A DNA stretch of 63,970 nucleotides, counting the filler, from Folioceros fuciformis (taxonomy: Eukaryota), in NCBI GenBank assembly GCA_049999805.1. It is 11 parts of 10 records of this genome, joined end to end, with 100 filler letters (N's around TTAATTAATTAA, not from the genome) between each part and the next. Parts side by side here need not be neighbours in the genome. Positions count along the whole stretch, not along the records: positions 25,651 to 39,260 come from JBNGIO010004215.1; positions 39,361 to 44,679 come from JBNGIO010004216.1; positions 44,780 to 51,720 come from JBNGIO010004217.1; 8 more parts are not named here. One strand, 5' to 3'. How positions within the stretch are numbered: the stretch's first letter is position 1; each line of letters begins with the position of its first letter. The notes under the pieces were generated by a model. The model saw only the letters and a program-made list of their open reading frames with translations. It was not told the DNA's origin and ran no database searches. Both the position numbers and the translations under genes were made by a program. Positions 36,600-48,697 of the stretch are shown here, piece after piece.

Positions 36600-38056
36600 C
36601 ACTCGGTGTTGCTCCCAAACCAACTAAGCACATTGTGTAAGAATGCTTGAGCTGTGCTGTGTGATGCCTTGTCTGGCAGCGCCACCAGCTCCACCCACTT
36701 TGAAAAGTGTTCAATCATGACCATGATATAAACATTCCACGTGGTGTGCGTGGGAATTCCCCAGCCAAGTCACAGGACCACCTGAAGAATAGTCCCATGA
36801 TGGGCAGTGGTTGTAACTCAGAGTGAGGGTTGCTGAAGGAAGCCTTGACTTTGTCACATTGAGCACACTTGGCTACTTCCCCACGCACCTGTGTGAACAT
36901 GCCATGCCAGTGGAAATGGGGAAGAAGCAAGCTGTAAGTGCGCTTCACACCAAAGTGACCTTGTCTTCATGTACTCTGTGAATCAGTCCTGCACGTTCCT
37001 GTGGTGGTGGCACCGGTCGTTCAGTCCTGTTGGCCAATCTTCTCAGCAAATAACCATCCCTCCACTCATAGTGAGCTGCTCTCTACTGCACCCTCTCTTG
37101 TTGATGTGCATCCAAGCTAGCATCCATGTGTCCAGTCTTCACATACTATAGTGTGACTTCATTGCTCCACACATCCTTGTGTGCTTGGAAACGAATGTTA
37201 GTGCAACCCTGTGCCACACACAGCATAGTCACCAAAGCTGCAGCATTAGGTGCCTCTTCCATGTCACTGTCCTAGCGAGCGTCAGTGTTGTCCTCACTAC
37301 TCTGCCTAGGATGACGTGACAACACATCTACATTCTGGTGCTTAGTTCTAGGCCTGTGAACCACCTCAAACTCATAGTCTTGGAGTATCATGGCCCACCT
37401 TGCAAGCTTTCCGCTAAGCTTGGTGTTGGACATTAGCCACTTCAAGGGCTGATGATCTGTCACCAATGCGAACTTTCGCCCATAGGTAAGGCTGAAAATG
37501 ACAGATTGCCCACACAGCTGCAAGCAACTCCCCTTCATAGCTGGAGTAGTTTGCTTCTGCTCTGTTGTTGCTTCTTGAGGCGTAGGCAATGACCCTCTTC
37601 TGACCTTCAACATCCACTTGTGCTAGCACAGCTCCCAACCCCAAAGCGCTCCAGTTTGTATGGAGAACAAATGGCTTGGCAAAGTCAGGCCTGGCCATAA
37701 CTGGCATTTGCATCAGTTTGATTTTCAAACTTTCAAATGCAGCTTGACAATTGTCTGTCCAATCCCAAGCTGTCTCCTTGCGCAATAGATCATTCAGAGG
37801 CTTAGCAATGCTGCTAAAGGCCTGTACATAGACCTTGTAGTAGTTGCATGGTCCTAGGAATGAAATAAGAGTAGACACATTGGTTGAAGCCTGGATCTGC
37901 TGGATTGCTTGAACTTTGGCAGCATGTGGTGTTATACCATCTGGTAGGATCCTATGACCTAGGTAGGCCACTGTATCCATGGCGAATTCACACTTGGCTG
38001 GGTGGAACATTAGCTGAGCCTTTTGCAGCCTTCGAAAGAGGTCCTCCTAAAAGCTA
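36600..38056 (-). pseudogene. Ty3/gypsy pol fragment (RT C-terminus, RNase H, integrase), non-chromovirus-like
   Basis: FHPAKCEF..VAYLGH; FLGPCNYY; GLGAVLAQ; VIAYASR; NYSSYEGELLA; VTDHQPLKWL; KLARWAMILQDY; integrase HF..KRTY...CAQC...LQPLP...WSCDLAG; order RT-RH-INT. Confidence 0.9.
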
Positions 38057-39260
38057 TGAAGCTAGCTATGGCAGGATCAAGGGGAGAAGGCTAGGCGACG
38101 GATGTTCTTGGGAGCCATGGAAGGAAAGCATCCTCTGGAGTGTCAAGCAAAAAGGATGTTGTTTATTGCTAAAACGAACTATCTTATACAAAATATTAAG
38201 CAGTTATTAAACCGTCTAAACTGGAAATGCGAAACTACCTGAACTGTTTGTTCCTTAACTTAACATAACGGCTCCTACTTTTCTAATACTCCCACTTAGT
38301 TGAAGCATGTTTCAGTTCTAAGGGGAAATTAAGTCTTGTAAAAGTACTAATGATGAATGCACGGTTGCATGCATATCGTGACACTGCTACACATGTCTGA
38401 GTTACTCTCCACAATTACTCTCAAACGCTTGCTATAACTAGAGCTATGGTAGTCTTGAGTCCTCTAAAGCTAGCGTCTTGGTGCTCACTGTCTTGTGTCT
38501 TGCTTTCTTCTATAGATCTCTATCTTCTTCTTTCAACAGCTGTGCTTTGCGTCGACTTGTGTGATCAACCATGGGTGATGTCATACAAGGCCTGAAGTGC
38601 TTAGGTTGTGATAGGATTTGGACTCCTGTCAAAAAGTTCTCTGAGAGACCCTCATGTATGCATGCAATGCACTGCCTTGATTCTAACATAATCTCCTTCG
38701 AGTCTCCAGCTGGTGCTCCACTTCCTTCATATAGCTCAAAAGGAAAAATGGCGAGAAGGGCACAAAACTTCGACGATAAGGGCGTTCCTCGAAAGGTGTT
38801 CGTAGCTCCAGCAACCGACTTCCACAAGATGACCTGCAAGGAAACTGAAGAGAAGAGCAAGGCAGGCATAGCATGGGTGGCTCTCATGCCCAACCCTGAA
38901 GAGGTTAAGGCCTGCTTGAAGGTCCCCTTCTTGTGGATTCTGACGATGAGACCTACATGGAGAAGGAGTGGGGATACAAGCTTGCTAGGACTATCAAGAA
39001 CATGAAGAAGAAAGGTAACAAAGAAACCTAGCGACATGTGTTCAAGTGCTAGCAGCTAATGACTTGTGGTGCCAAAACTTATCATCACTATGGGTTTCTA
39101 GCTTTGACAGAAGAGTTTGTCAAAAACGGGTGATGCTAGAAAAGGTCTGATGAAGACACTCAGGAAACACAACAAGCTCCCACTGGATGATTAGCAACAC
39201 AAATCTAGCTAATGGGCAGTGCCCTTAGTGTCAGCGATAGGAATCTCACAAATGCCAGCA
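38057..39260 (-). mobile_element. Probable 3' end of an LTR retrotransposon (putative LTR 38057-38288, PPT 38289-38297) inserted in the gypsy RT
   Basis: Minus-strand AAGTGGGAG (same PPT core as the copia family here) followed by TATTAG (TG>TA?); gypsy RT homology stops near 38050. No second LTR in the scaffold. Confidence 0.45.
38571..39040 (+). pseudogene. ORF with degenerate RING-H2-like Cys/His pattern, antisense to the putative element
   Basis: CLGC-x15-C-x-H-x2-H; later ligands missing (PAGAPL resembles CPxCxAPL); a likely frameshift near 38930 continues DSDDETYMEKEW, and a second gives KNMKKKGNK. Confidence 0.35.
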
Positions 39261-39535
39261 NNNNNNNNNNNNNNNNNNNNNNNNNNNNNNNNNNNNNNNN
39301 NNNNTTAATTAATTAANNNNNNNNNNNNNNNNNNNNNNNNNNNNNNNNNNNNNNNNNNNNCCAACTATTTCCTGGTCAATTAACCTAATTAGCACAAAGA
39401 AAAATAGGAAAAATGACCAGAAAATCAAGAAAAAATAGGAAAAATAAGTTGAAAAAGAAAACCAAACCATACCACTATTAACCCCTTTTTCAACCAAAAC
39501 AAACTACTACCCCAAACTTTGGAGGTTCACAGGGT

Positions 39536-39727
39536 GGCATGCTTAGACTTACCATGGCCTTGCCCAGGTGCGCCGGGGGGCTGAGGATCCTGAGAGCAGG
39601 CAGCTGGATAGGCCAAGAATAGGGCCAGGCTTGGCCGGATCCTGGTCGGCAAGCGGGCCGACCTGCTGTTGTGGGGCTCCCGACAGGCCGGCTGATCGGT
39701 GGCTACAAGCCTCGGCTGGATTCAACA
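39536..39727 (+). repeat. Dispersed repeat, second copy at ~42797-42988
   Basis: GCTTAGACTT.CCATGGCCTTGCCCAGGTG...CAAGCCTCGGCTGGAT.CAAC shared. Confidence 0.8.
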
Positions 39728-40419
39728 GGAAGCAGGAAACCCTTCACTTAGCCCCTGGTGTTCTTACCAGCGGGTTTACCGCTGCTCACTATGCTTACCC
39801 ACTACTCGGCCACTCGCTCCTCCCCTTTCTCACACACGCGCACCCCCGCACTCTCCTTTCTTCAGTTCTTCAGTCTTCTTTCTCAGCGATGCCCCTCCTG
39901 GGCTCCTATTAATGTTGAGGAATGGTGAGGTACCGGGGCTAAGGGAAGAGGAGTCCCTTCCACTCCGAACTCGCGGATTCGGCTCCGACACCTGCACTAC
40001 CCCACGTGACCACCTCGAGGATAGCTGGGGAGCTTCTCTCCCACTCGGCGAGGCTCCTCCTCCCGATTCATCCCCGGGCTTGATCACGGAGTGCCCACCA
40101 CCTACACCCGCACCCCAGGTTGCTACGTGCGCTCGCTTGCCTGGACCTCTTGTCCAGCAACGGCCATCGCTAGGTCCCTGCAAGGTCGACTGTTCGGCTG
40201 GTTCTTGCTGATTTCTTAGGCCTTCAAAGCAACCTCTTGTACACGGTGATGGCGGTTTTTTCCGCCATAAAGTCTGTNNNNNNNNNNNNNNNNNNNNNNN
40301 NNNNNNNNNNNNNNNNNNNNNNNNNNNNNNNNNNNNNNNNNNNNNNNNNNNNNNNNNNNNNNNNNNNNNNNNNNNNNAAAAATCCTATTCTAGCCTGCAT
40401 TTACTATCGCCCTTTCCCA

Positions 40420-40810
40420 CGCCGCTGGCGGCTTCCTCCTGGCCTTCGCGTGTCACCCCTTGCTGCCCCTCCTCTCGCTCTTCTGCCCCTTTGTTGGTAC
40501 GGTAGATCCTCCTAGAGGATCTCCACATCACTGCTGCTGCTGCTGGACCTAGCTGGCGACGCAGGTGAGTCTTGCCGCTGTGGTCCACCACTCCTCCTCC
40601 TTCTCTGGTTGCTAAGGACAACCACAGGCCCCCGTTCTACCTAGCGCTGGGCCTCCTCTTCCGTCAGTTCCTCCAGAACTGCCTCCGCATAGCAGTGGGG
40701 CAGTCCTGTCACCCACCAGCTGTAGTGGTAGAGTCCTAGGCGCCTCCTCAACTGTAGGCTGTAGCCCCGCGTCCCTCCCCGTCCTCCCTTGGGCTACCTC
40801 GGGTTACCTC
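40420..40810 (-). repeat. Copy (with internal deletion) of the repeat at 60889-61806; probable retrotransposon-borne ORF remnant
   Basis: CCGCTGGCGGCTTCCTCCTGGCCTTCGC...GTAGCCCCGCGTCCCTCC shared with 60889-61245, then jumps to the 61375-61400 equivalent. Confidence 0.8.
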
Positions 40811-41199
40811 CAACTATGGGCTCCTAAAAACCAGCTCTACCAATGCCATTACTGTAAGAAAACCCATCATGGAATAACCTAGTTCCTACACAGTTTCTCC
40901 CATTGTGCCAAGTCTTGCAGGTTGGGGTTTCCCTGCCAACCAAACCAAGCAGCTCCGACAGGTCTCCCAGCACCTGTGATTGCCTGGACAAAGAGCCGGC
41001 CACAACCACCCCACTCAAGAGGAATATGCACCGACGTTAAAACCCTATGGTTCTTCTCACTATCTGATTCCACAGGCACAGCAACATGGGAATCTCTAGC
41101 CCCCGCCACCTCGAGGTAGTGACCTGCAACCTGTTTGTCCCCATCAATATGAGAGTTGTCTTTTGCAATGTGAAGGCGCGAGGGCAGCATTGACGTGTC

Positions 41200-43900
41200 A
41201 GGCAAGTCGCCCTTCTCCTTCTGCTTCGCCAGCCAACCCCCTACTAGCCTGCTTCCGGCTAGCCCGCTGGCTGCCTGCGCCACTAGGGCGCCTGCCTACC
41301 CCTTTGGATCTGGCCAGGCAGCCAGCCCGCAGGGCTGCCTGCTGCAGCCCCTAGCCAGCCCCCCTCGCGATCCTGGCCAGCCACCCATGGCTACCTGGAT
41401 CTCGACGCCTTGCCTGCCCGCAGCCGGGTGTCCGTGCTGCTGACCTAGCCACCATTCAGTCCGCCTGCCATCGGCCACCTGCCCAGATCCAGCGCCGCCG
41501 CTCACTTGGATCCAACCCGGATCTTGCCGAGGCCCGCCTGGCCTCGATCCGCTTGTAAGGCCGCCATCAGCCGGCCCGGGCTGGCCTGCCGGCTAGGCCC
41601 TTCAACAGCCCGCCACCCCCCAGCAAGTATGGCCAATCGCCCCGACAGTCGGCCTCCCTACCAACCTGCCGCTAGCCTGAGCCTCGCTTGCTGGCCAACA
41701 CGGCCTGCCTAGCGATCCAGCCAGGTCGCCGCAATCCTCCCCCGGCCAGGCGGCTGTCTGGCTGCCTGCGCTGCTGGGGCGCCTGCCTGGATCCGTCTCC
41801 TGCAACCACCGCTTGGTTGCCAGCCTGGCCTCCTTGCCAACCAGTCCGCCTGCTACTAGCCAACTAGCCAAACCATCGGCGTGGATCCTGGCTCCAGCCT
41901 AGCCCAGATCCACCCTGGCCAGCCACCGATCTGCCCGCCGCTTGTCGAGCCCGGAGCACCCTCCTACTAGCCCCCGATTTAGCCATCTTGCCTATTGTCG
42001 GCCTGCTGCCGCTGCTTGGCTACCTAGCCGCGGTTTAGCCAGCCCACCGACTAGCCACGATCTAGCCAGCTTGCCTGGATCCGGCAAGTGCCTGGATCTG
42101 CCGCCCCTCGGCCTGCCTGGATCCCAGCAGCCGGGCCTCCGCGCTGTTGGGTTGCCTGCCTGCCCTCAGCAGCTGGGCCGCTCACCAGCCGTTGCGAACT
42201 GCCTGGCTAGCCTGCTGGCTGGCTAGATCCGGCTAGGAAGCTAGCCGGATCTGGCAAGCCTCCCCTGCCAACCTTCCCGCTTGCCCGATTCCCCTGGCCG
42301 TTGCCTGCTTGCCCAGGCCGACTGGCCAGAGGCCGCTAGCTAGCCTTCGGCCTCCAGATCTAGCCAGGCAGCCAGCTTGCTAGACTGATCCTAGCACCCA
42401 CTTGTTTGGAGCGTCGATCACCTGGCTCCCACTGATCCGCGCAGCCAACTGAATCCGGCCCCAGCCTGGATGGCTGCGGAGACCACATGGTAGATAGACC
42501 TCTTAGAAAATGGGTGGTATTTGTTTTTTTCTTGGTGTTTTGATAGAATTCCTTGGAGAGGTAATTAGGAAACTATGTTAGATAAGGCTAGATTAAATAG
42601 GATGATCAGGAGATACTGGTGGTGCAGTTTAGAAAGTCAACAATCGTCTAACTAACTCGTGGATGTGGAAAATGTGAAGTAGGGGGTAGGGTGTGCCGGA
42701 GAGGGACGCCGGCGTGTGTGGAGCCCTACGTCGGGCGTGTGAGGGCAAGTTGTGGCCCCGGGAGCTGCAAAAGGGGTTGGGCATAGACATGGGTGTGGGG
42801 TGCTTAGACTTGCCATGGCCTTGCCCAGGTGCACTGAGGGTTGAGGATTCTGAGAGCAGGCAGCTGGACAGGCCAGGATCAGGGCCAGGCTTGGCCGGAT
42901 CCTGGTTGGCAGGTGGGACGACCTGCTACTATGGTGGATTCCAACAGGCCGGCTGATCGGCGGCTGCAAGCCTCGGCTGGATCCAACTAGCCGGGGTGCA
43001 GGCGGCCTGGCAGGGGAAAGCCTAGCCGAATCAGCGAGGTGGCCACCAGGAGGCTAGTAGGCTAGCCGGGTTGGCTGATTGGTTGCGGTTGGAGGCGGCT
43101 TGGCAGGGCCTTGGAGGACAGCTGGGCCAGCAGCAGCCCGACTACAGGTGGGCAGCCGGTAGGAGACCTGCTGGCTGGCAGGCGAACCTGGCAGGCTGGT
43201 CGGATCCTGAAGCCAGGCAGCAGCCTGGTTGGCAGCCGGGGCAGATCCAGGCTGGTCGGGACTGGGGCAGGATCCAGAGGTTACCAGGCAGGCCGGCAGC
43301 GCAGGCAAGCTAGGGGCGGCGCCGAATCCTGGCGGGCTGTGGCTGGCCGATCCTGCAGCCAGGCTGCAAGACGGCTAGGCAGGCTGCCCCGCAGCGGTGG
43401 AGGTAGGCCAGATGGGGGCAAGGCGCTCCGAGGGGCTGTGTAGAGGCCGTGTAGAGTAGGCCGGCTTGCGGGCAGCCTGGCTGGTTGACGAGTAGACCGG
43501 CTGCAGGAAAATTCAGCTAGATAGCCATCCGGCTGGCTGGCAGGCGAATCCAAGCCCGGCCGGATCGCTAAGGCTGGACGGGGCCGGGATGGCAGGATCC
43601 AAGCAACCATGCCAGGCTGGCCAGGATCGCATTTGGCAGGTTGGCTGGCTAGAAGGCACCGAGACGCCAGGATCGGGATCTACGCAGGCGGCTGCTAAGC
43701 GGGCGGACTAGATCTAAGTGGTTGCCTAGACTAAGTAGATGGCAAGGCGGTGGCGGCGCAACCAGGCTGCAGGACGGCTAGGCAGCCGGGCAAGGTTGCC
43801 GGGTCCTGGGAGGCGGAGCTAGAAGTTGGGGATTCAGGGACAAGGTGGAGGGGAAGCAGCTCGAGTCTGGCTCCGGTTCGAGTCATGCTTCGAGCAGGGA
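41200..43900. repeat. Two GC-rich degenerate repeat blocks of opposite strand bias (41200-42480 C-rich; 42990-43900 G-rich), probably TE internal/leader sequence
   Basis: Dense CTAGCC/GCCAGCC/GGATC motifs in the first block and their complements in the second; no credible protein. Confidence 0.55.
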
Positions 43901-44320
43901 GGCTACGGTGGTGTGGACAAAGGTCGGGGGTCCAGCCCGCCAGGTGAATGTGTGTAGACAAAGCTGAGGGACCTGCGAACTGCCCCATCCAGGCAGAAAG
44001 CCTAGTACAGGCATGTTGCTAGCGGGTGGGAAGCCCAGTGATAGTTATGTTGGCAAAGATGGTGGATTGTCGCTTCGAGTGCCAAGCTTACAAGGTGCCC
44101 ACTCAGGGGCACTAGATGAGTACCTCTGCTGGGTCATGGGCCTTGGCCAGCAGAATGGAGGGAAGGATCTGAAGACGGTGGGGTCTCTGAAGGATTGTAG
44201 ATGATCTAAGGGAAAGGAGAGGATCAGAGAGGGGAAGAGAGTGTCGAGAGGCACTCACGATTTTTGGTAGTTTTGAGAGGTTGATTATTTTTTATAAGAG
44301 CAACCATGGGCATAAGTCAG

Positions 44321-44345
44321 GGTTAGGGTTTAGGGTTTAGGGTTT
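44321..44345 (+). repeat. Short interstitial plant telomere-type repeat (TTTAGGG ~x3)
   Basis: GGTTAGGGTTTAGGGTTTAGGGTTT. Confidence 0.7.
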
Positions 44346-45475
44346 TGATGAGTGGAAGGTTCTGTCTGAGGCGTGCTGACTTGGTCAGGCAGTGACAGGG
44401 GGTTCCTTGCCAAGGGAGTATAAGAGGCCAGGCTTGTCATTGAGGGGTTTAGGGTGTTTTTGGTGAAGAGTTCCCTTGACCCTGTGTTGCAGGCTGCTGG
44501 GTTAAAGGGTTAATCCAATGTGCCGATGCACCTCGACCTTGATTCCCCATGCCACTAGGGGAACGTGGCGGCTCCCAAAATTGCTGAGATCTGGGTGGCC
44601 AGATCCGCAAGGGCTGACCTCTCTTGCATGCTGGTTGGGTGGTTGGGGTACCTTGATGTCCCTAAGGGGTTTCCAAGGCNNNNNNNNNNNNNNNNNNNNN
44701 NNNNNNNNNNNNNNNNNNNNNNNTTAATTAATTAANNNNNNNNNNNNNNNNNNNNNNNNNNNNNNNNNNNNNNNNNNNNGCACTGACACTTTGTATTCTT
44801 TGGCATAGCTCCTTGAACTAATTGCAGCAGGGCTGAAAGAGAGTCATGGCTGCCCTGAGTACGGGCATTCATTGTAGTTGAACTCAGGCTGCCACAAATT
44901 GTAGGTGAGATCAAAGTGCGTCATGGCCACCTGCATTAAGTGCAGAGACTTTGTGTCCTATGGCATAGCTCCTTCAACTAACGACATCGCTCTTCACTCC
45001 TTTTCCAATCCGGAATTAGCCTTCCTGCTCATACAGAAGGAAATTGGATTACTTCAAATGAGAAAAACCTTTGAGGGAAGGTTCGAGACAGACTGGCAGA
45101 AGGACTCTAAATGGGGCCACGAATAGGAGTTGCATTCAACATGGATCAGCTATGGAGCGGAGGATTGTCACCCTTCTTGGGCAGAGAAAGGGTAAGGTCA
45201 GGGAGCCTCATGAGAGGTTGAGGAAAGCGAATGGGGAGCCTATGGGACATGGCCAGGGGACATCCGACATCATACCATCAACAACTGCACCTAGCAGGCA
45301 CCAAGGCGAAGTGGTGAAATAGATGGTTGTGGTAGACTCTAGAGGCAGGTTGTGTTGTACTTGCCATGCTGTAGATTCTCAAGCTTCTCCGTATTCTTAC
45401 AAGTAGCAAGTGGTGCAGAAGGGAGGCCTCCAACACCCACACGGTGATTGGCAGCTACATGAAGAGGATGAAGAG

Positions 45476-48400
45476 TTACTCGGTTAACCCTAGCATCTTG
45501 CTAAACTTCGTATGCTGCTCTAAAGCTAAGCCTTTAAGAAGAACATCAGCGGGCATGTCCTCAATAGGACAATAAATTAAAGCTATTTCCTTGGACTATA
45601 CTTTCTCCCTGATGAAGTGATGCCTAACTTCGATGTGCTTAGTCCTTGCGTGGAAAATAGCGCTCTTACATAAATAAATATAGCCCTGATTGTCGTTGAA
45701 GATGGGTGTTGCACCTTATTGCTTGAACCCTATTTCTTCAAGCAATCGCCTGAGCCATATAGCTTCCACAGTTGCGGCTGAGGTTGCTATATACTCAGCC
45801 TCTATAGAGGATAGTACCACTAGAGGTTGGCACCAACTACTCCATAAAATGGCTCCCTCAAATAGCATGAAAGCATACCTTGTCGTAGACGTGCGAGTGT
45901 CGACATTTCCGGCCCAATCTGCGTCGCAAAATCCCACAATACGGGCTTCTTCGTCCTCCTTCTTCTGGTAGGTCAATGTCCAATGTTTTTGCCTTGCAAG
46001 TACCTGCGTAATCTCTTGACGGCTTGATAATGCTGAGGTTGGGGGTTGACCAGGAATTGGCTCACAACTCCCACTACCTCTTCGATGTCTGACCTAGTGC
46101 TTGTTGCCACGTAAGTAAGGCAGCCAACAGCACACTTGTAGAGATTCTTATCTTCTTGTTTCTTCACATTGGAATCCGCCTCCTATGATAACTTCTCATT
46201 GCGGATCATTGGCATCTACGTTGGTTTGCAATCCTACATCCCAAAACACTCTAGTATAGTCCGCACATATGTTTGTTGACTTAGAGAGATTGCCTTGTTG
46301 GTCCTATCTTTGTCGACTTTTATTCCTAGGAAATAATTTAGCTCCCCAAGGTCTCATACAATGAAGCTTTCACTAAGGCCTCACTTTGCTAAGGTCAAAA
46401 GCTCCTGATCATTGCTAACGATGATTAATGACGCTGTGTATATAAAGTTGCATTAAAAAAAAAAAAAGATAGCGCACATAGTTCTTGTAGGTTCGTGTAT
46501 ACGAGCGTAGGTTACACACGACCGTTATTTGTGTAACTACCTTCTAACCCTAACTACTTATTTTAGGTTAGAAGTTTGACATTATTATATGCTAAATAAG
46601 ATGGACCAAATATGTCAACAATTAAATCATCCACATATACAGCAATGATGATGACAAAAGCTCCCAATCGCTTCACGTAAATATTCTAATCAACATTGGT
46701 CTTCTTGAAACCTCTAGACTGGAAATGATCATCAAGTTTACAATACAAGGTAAGGGCAGATTGCTTAAGACCGTAAATGGCCTTTTGCAGCTTGCATACC
46801 TCAGCCTCACATCCAGGTACCACGTAGCCTTCGGGTTGCTCCATGTAGATCTCTTCGTTCAGATCTCCATTTAGAAAAGCAATTTGGACATCCATATGGT
46901 GTATCTCTATATCCAAAGCAGCGGCAATAGCAAGGAGTGCTCGGATAGAGGCTATCTTTGCAACAGGAGAGAAGCTATCTATGTAGTCCACACATGGAAT
47001 CTGCGTATACCCTTTCCCCACCAGCCTTGCCTGGTAGCGCTCTATGCTGCCGTCGGCCTTCCGCTTGATCTTGAAAGTCCACTTCAATCCTATGCACTTT
47101 CTTCTAGGAGGTAAAGGAGTAATAATCCACGTTTTGTTGGCAATGAGGGAGTTATACTCACTGTCGACAGCTTCTCTCCATTATTTCCCTTTGGGCTTGT
47201 GAATGCCTCCGTCAAGCTGTGAGGTTCTCCAACATTTGCAAAACACACCTTCTCATTGATAGATCCATTAAGAGATTCTATGAGCTTCTGTGATGGCTTT
47301 TGCAACTTGGTAGATTTGCGTAAGGCCGGTTGCGGTTCTGTAACTCGATAGTCTTCTTCTACTTCTTCAGTAACATGAGGAGCTTCTCTCTCTCCTTTCT
47401 CGATGTCCCATTCTACACCTGTGGCTGGGGGTAAGACTCCAACTACATCTTCAACCATAGTGACATCAAAAGTGTCTCTCCCTCCCCCCCCTATGTCGCA
47501 AGGTTGAGAACAGTCGATAGGCATCAGAGCGGAAATCACACCGTAGTCTTCGGCAGACCTGAAGGGAGCCAGCAAGGGAGGAGATGAAGCTCCCACTTCA
47601 GTTGTAGCCTCGACAACCTCTTGAAAAACAACATCCCTGTGAAAAATGACCTTCTTCGTAGTAAGATCGTATAACCGATAACCTTTCACTACATCGGAAT
47701 AGCCAAGCATGAGACACTTCGTACCATTAGGATCCCATTTGCTCCGGCTCGCCTTCGGAACACGAGCATAAACCACGGAACCAAAAACCGGAAAATGTCG
47801 AACATCGGGTTTGATACAAGACCATGCTTCCTCTGGCGTCATACTGAGTACGGCCTTCGTCAGAACTCTGTTCAACACGTAGGTTGGTGTCACGACAGCC
47901 TCTCCCCAAAAATTGACCTGCAAGCCACTATGAAACAACATGCACTTGGCTGCTTCTACAAGGCTTCATATCTTCCGCTCTGCAACTCCATTTTGCTGCA
48001 GAGTGTGCGGAATTGTGAGTTGCCGTTGAATGTTGTTCTTCTTACAAACAACCTGGAATTGAGAAGAAACATATTCCCCTCCATTATCACTCCTAAGCAT
48101 CTTAAGGTGTTCACCACGCTCGGTCTCGACTAAAGTCTTCCAATCCTTGAAAGCCTGGAACACCTGAGATTTCTCCTTCAAAAGGTAAGTCCACGTCTTC
48201 CGCGTAAAATTGTTGACAAAGATGAGCATGTAGCGGTTCCCACCTTGGGTAGGGTTCCTCATCGGCCCGCTCACATCAGTGTGGACTAATTCCAACACCG
48301 TCTGCGCCCGATGTGTCGCGATTTTAGGGAACTTCATGCGATGTAGCTTCCCCATCTGACATCCTAGACATAACCGTGTCGTAGTGGTCTCCTTCAAATC

Positions 48401-48697
48401 CAAGCCGGTCACCATGTCGTGAGTCTTCATCAACTTGAGTTTGTCTGCTCCGATGTGGCCCAAAAGGGTGAACTACTCAGGAACGTACAAGCTTGCTGTC
48501 CCAAGGAAGCACAAAGTTTGTACAGACTACCCACACGAACACCCCAAGCAACCACGTGTGATGGCTCAGGCTGTATAGGTTGGATGCAACAGCCTGCAAA
48601 GTTGAATACCACTTCATGACTTGTATCTTCAATCCGCACGACAAAAAGAAGATTCCTCGCAAGATTGGGTACATGATGCACATCCTCAATACGTGAG
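45476..48697 (-). pseudogene. pol of a third Ty1/copia element I (PR C-terminus, INT, RT, RH), truncated by insertion of J
   Basis: HVPNLARNLL; CLGCQMGK; VHTDVSGP; RSDNGGEY; KWTFKIK; HMDVQIAFLNG; YVDDL; FCDADWAG; RTKHIEVRHHFIRE; possible 3' LTR start TGTTGGAGG at 45435. Confidence 0.92.
46429..46620. mobile_element. 192-bp solo LTR inserted right after the YVDD motif of element I RT
   Basis: TG...CA ends; perfect 5-bp TSD ATTAA at 46424-46428 and 46621-46625; RT continues on both sides. Confidence 0.88.

Noticed and set aside
41163-43988. Many overlapping 60-110 aa ORFs
   Set aside because: Expected from high GC and low stop frequency; Pro/Ala/Arg/Gly-rich with no domain signal.
44321-44345. 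Telomere repeat as a chromosome end or fusion site
   Set aside because: Only about three units; such telo-box runs are common in plant TEs and promoters.
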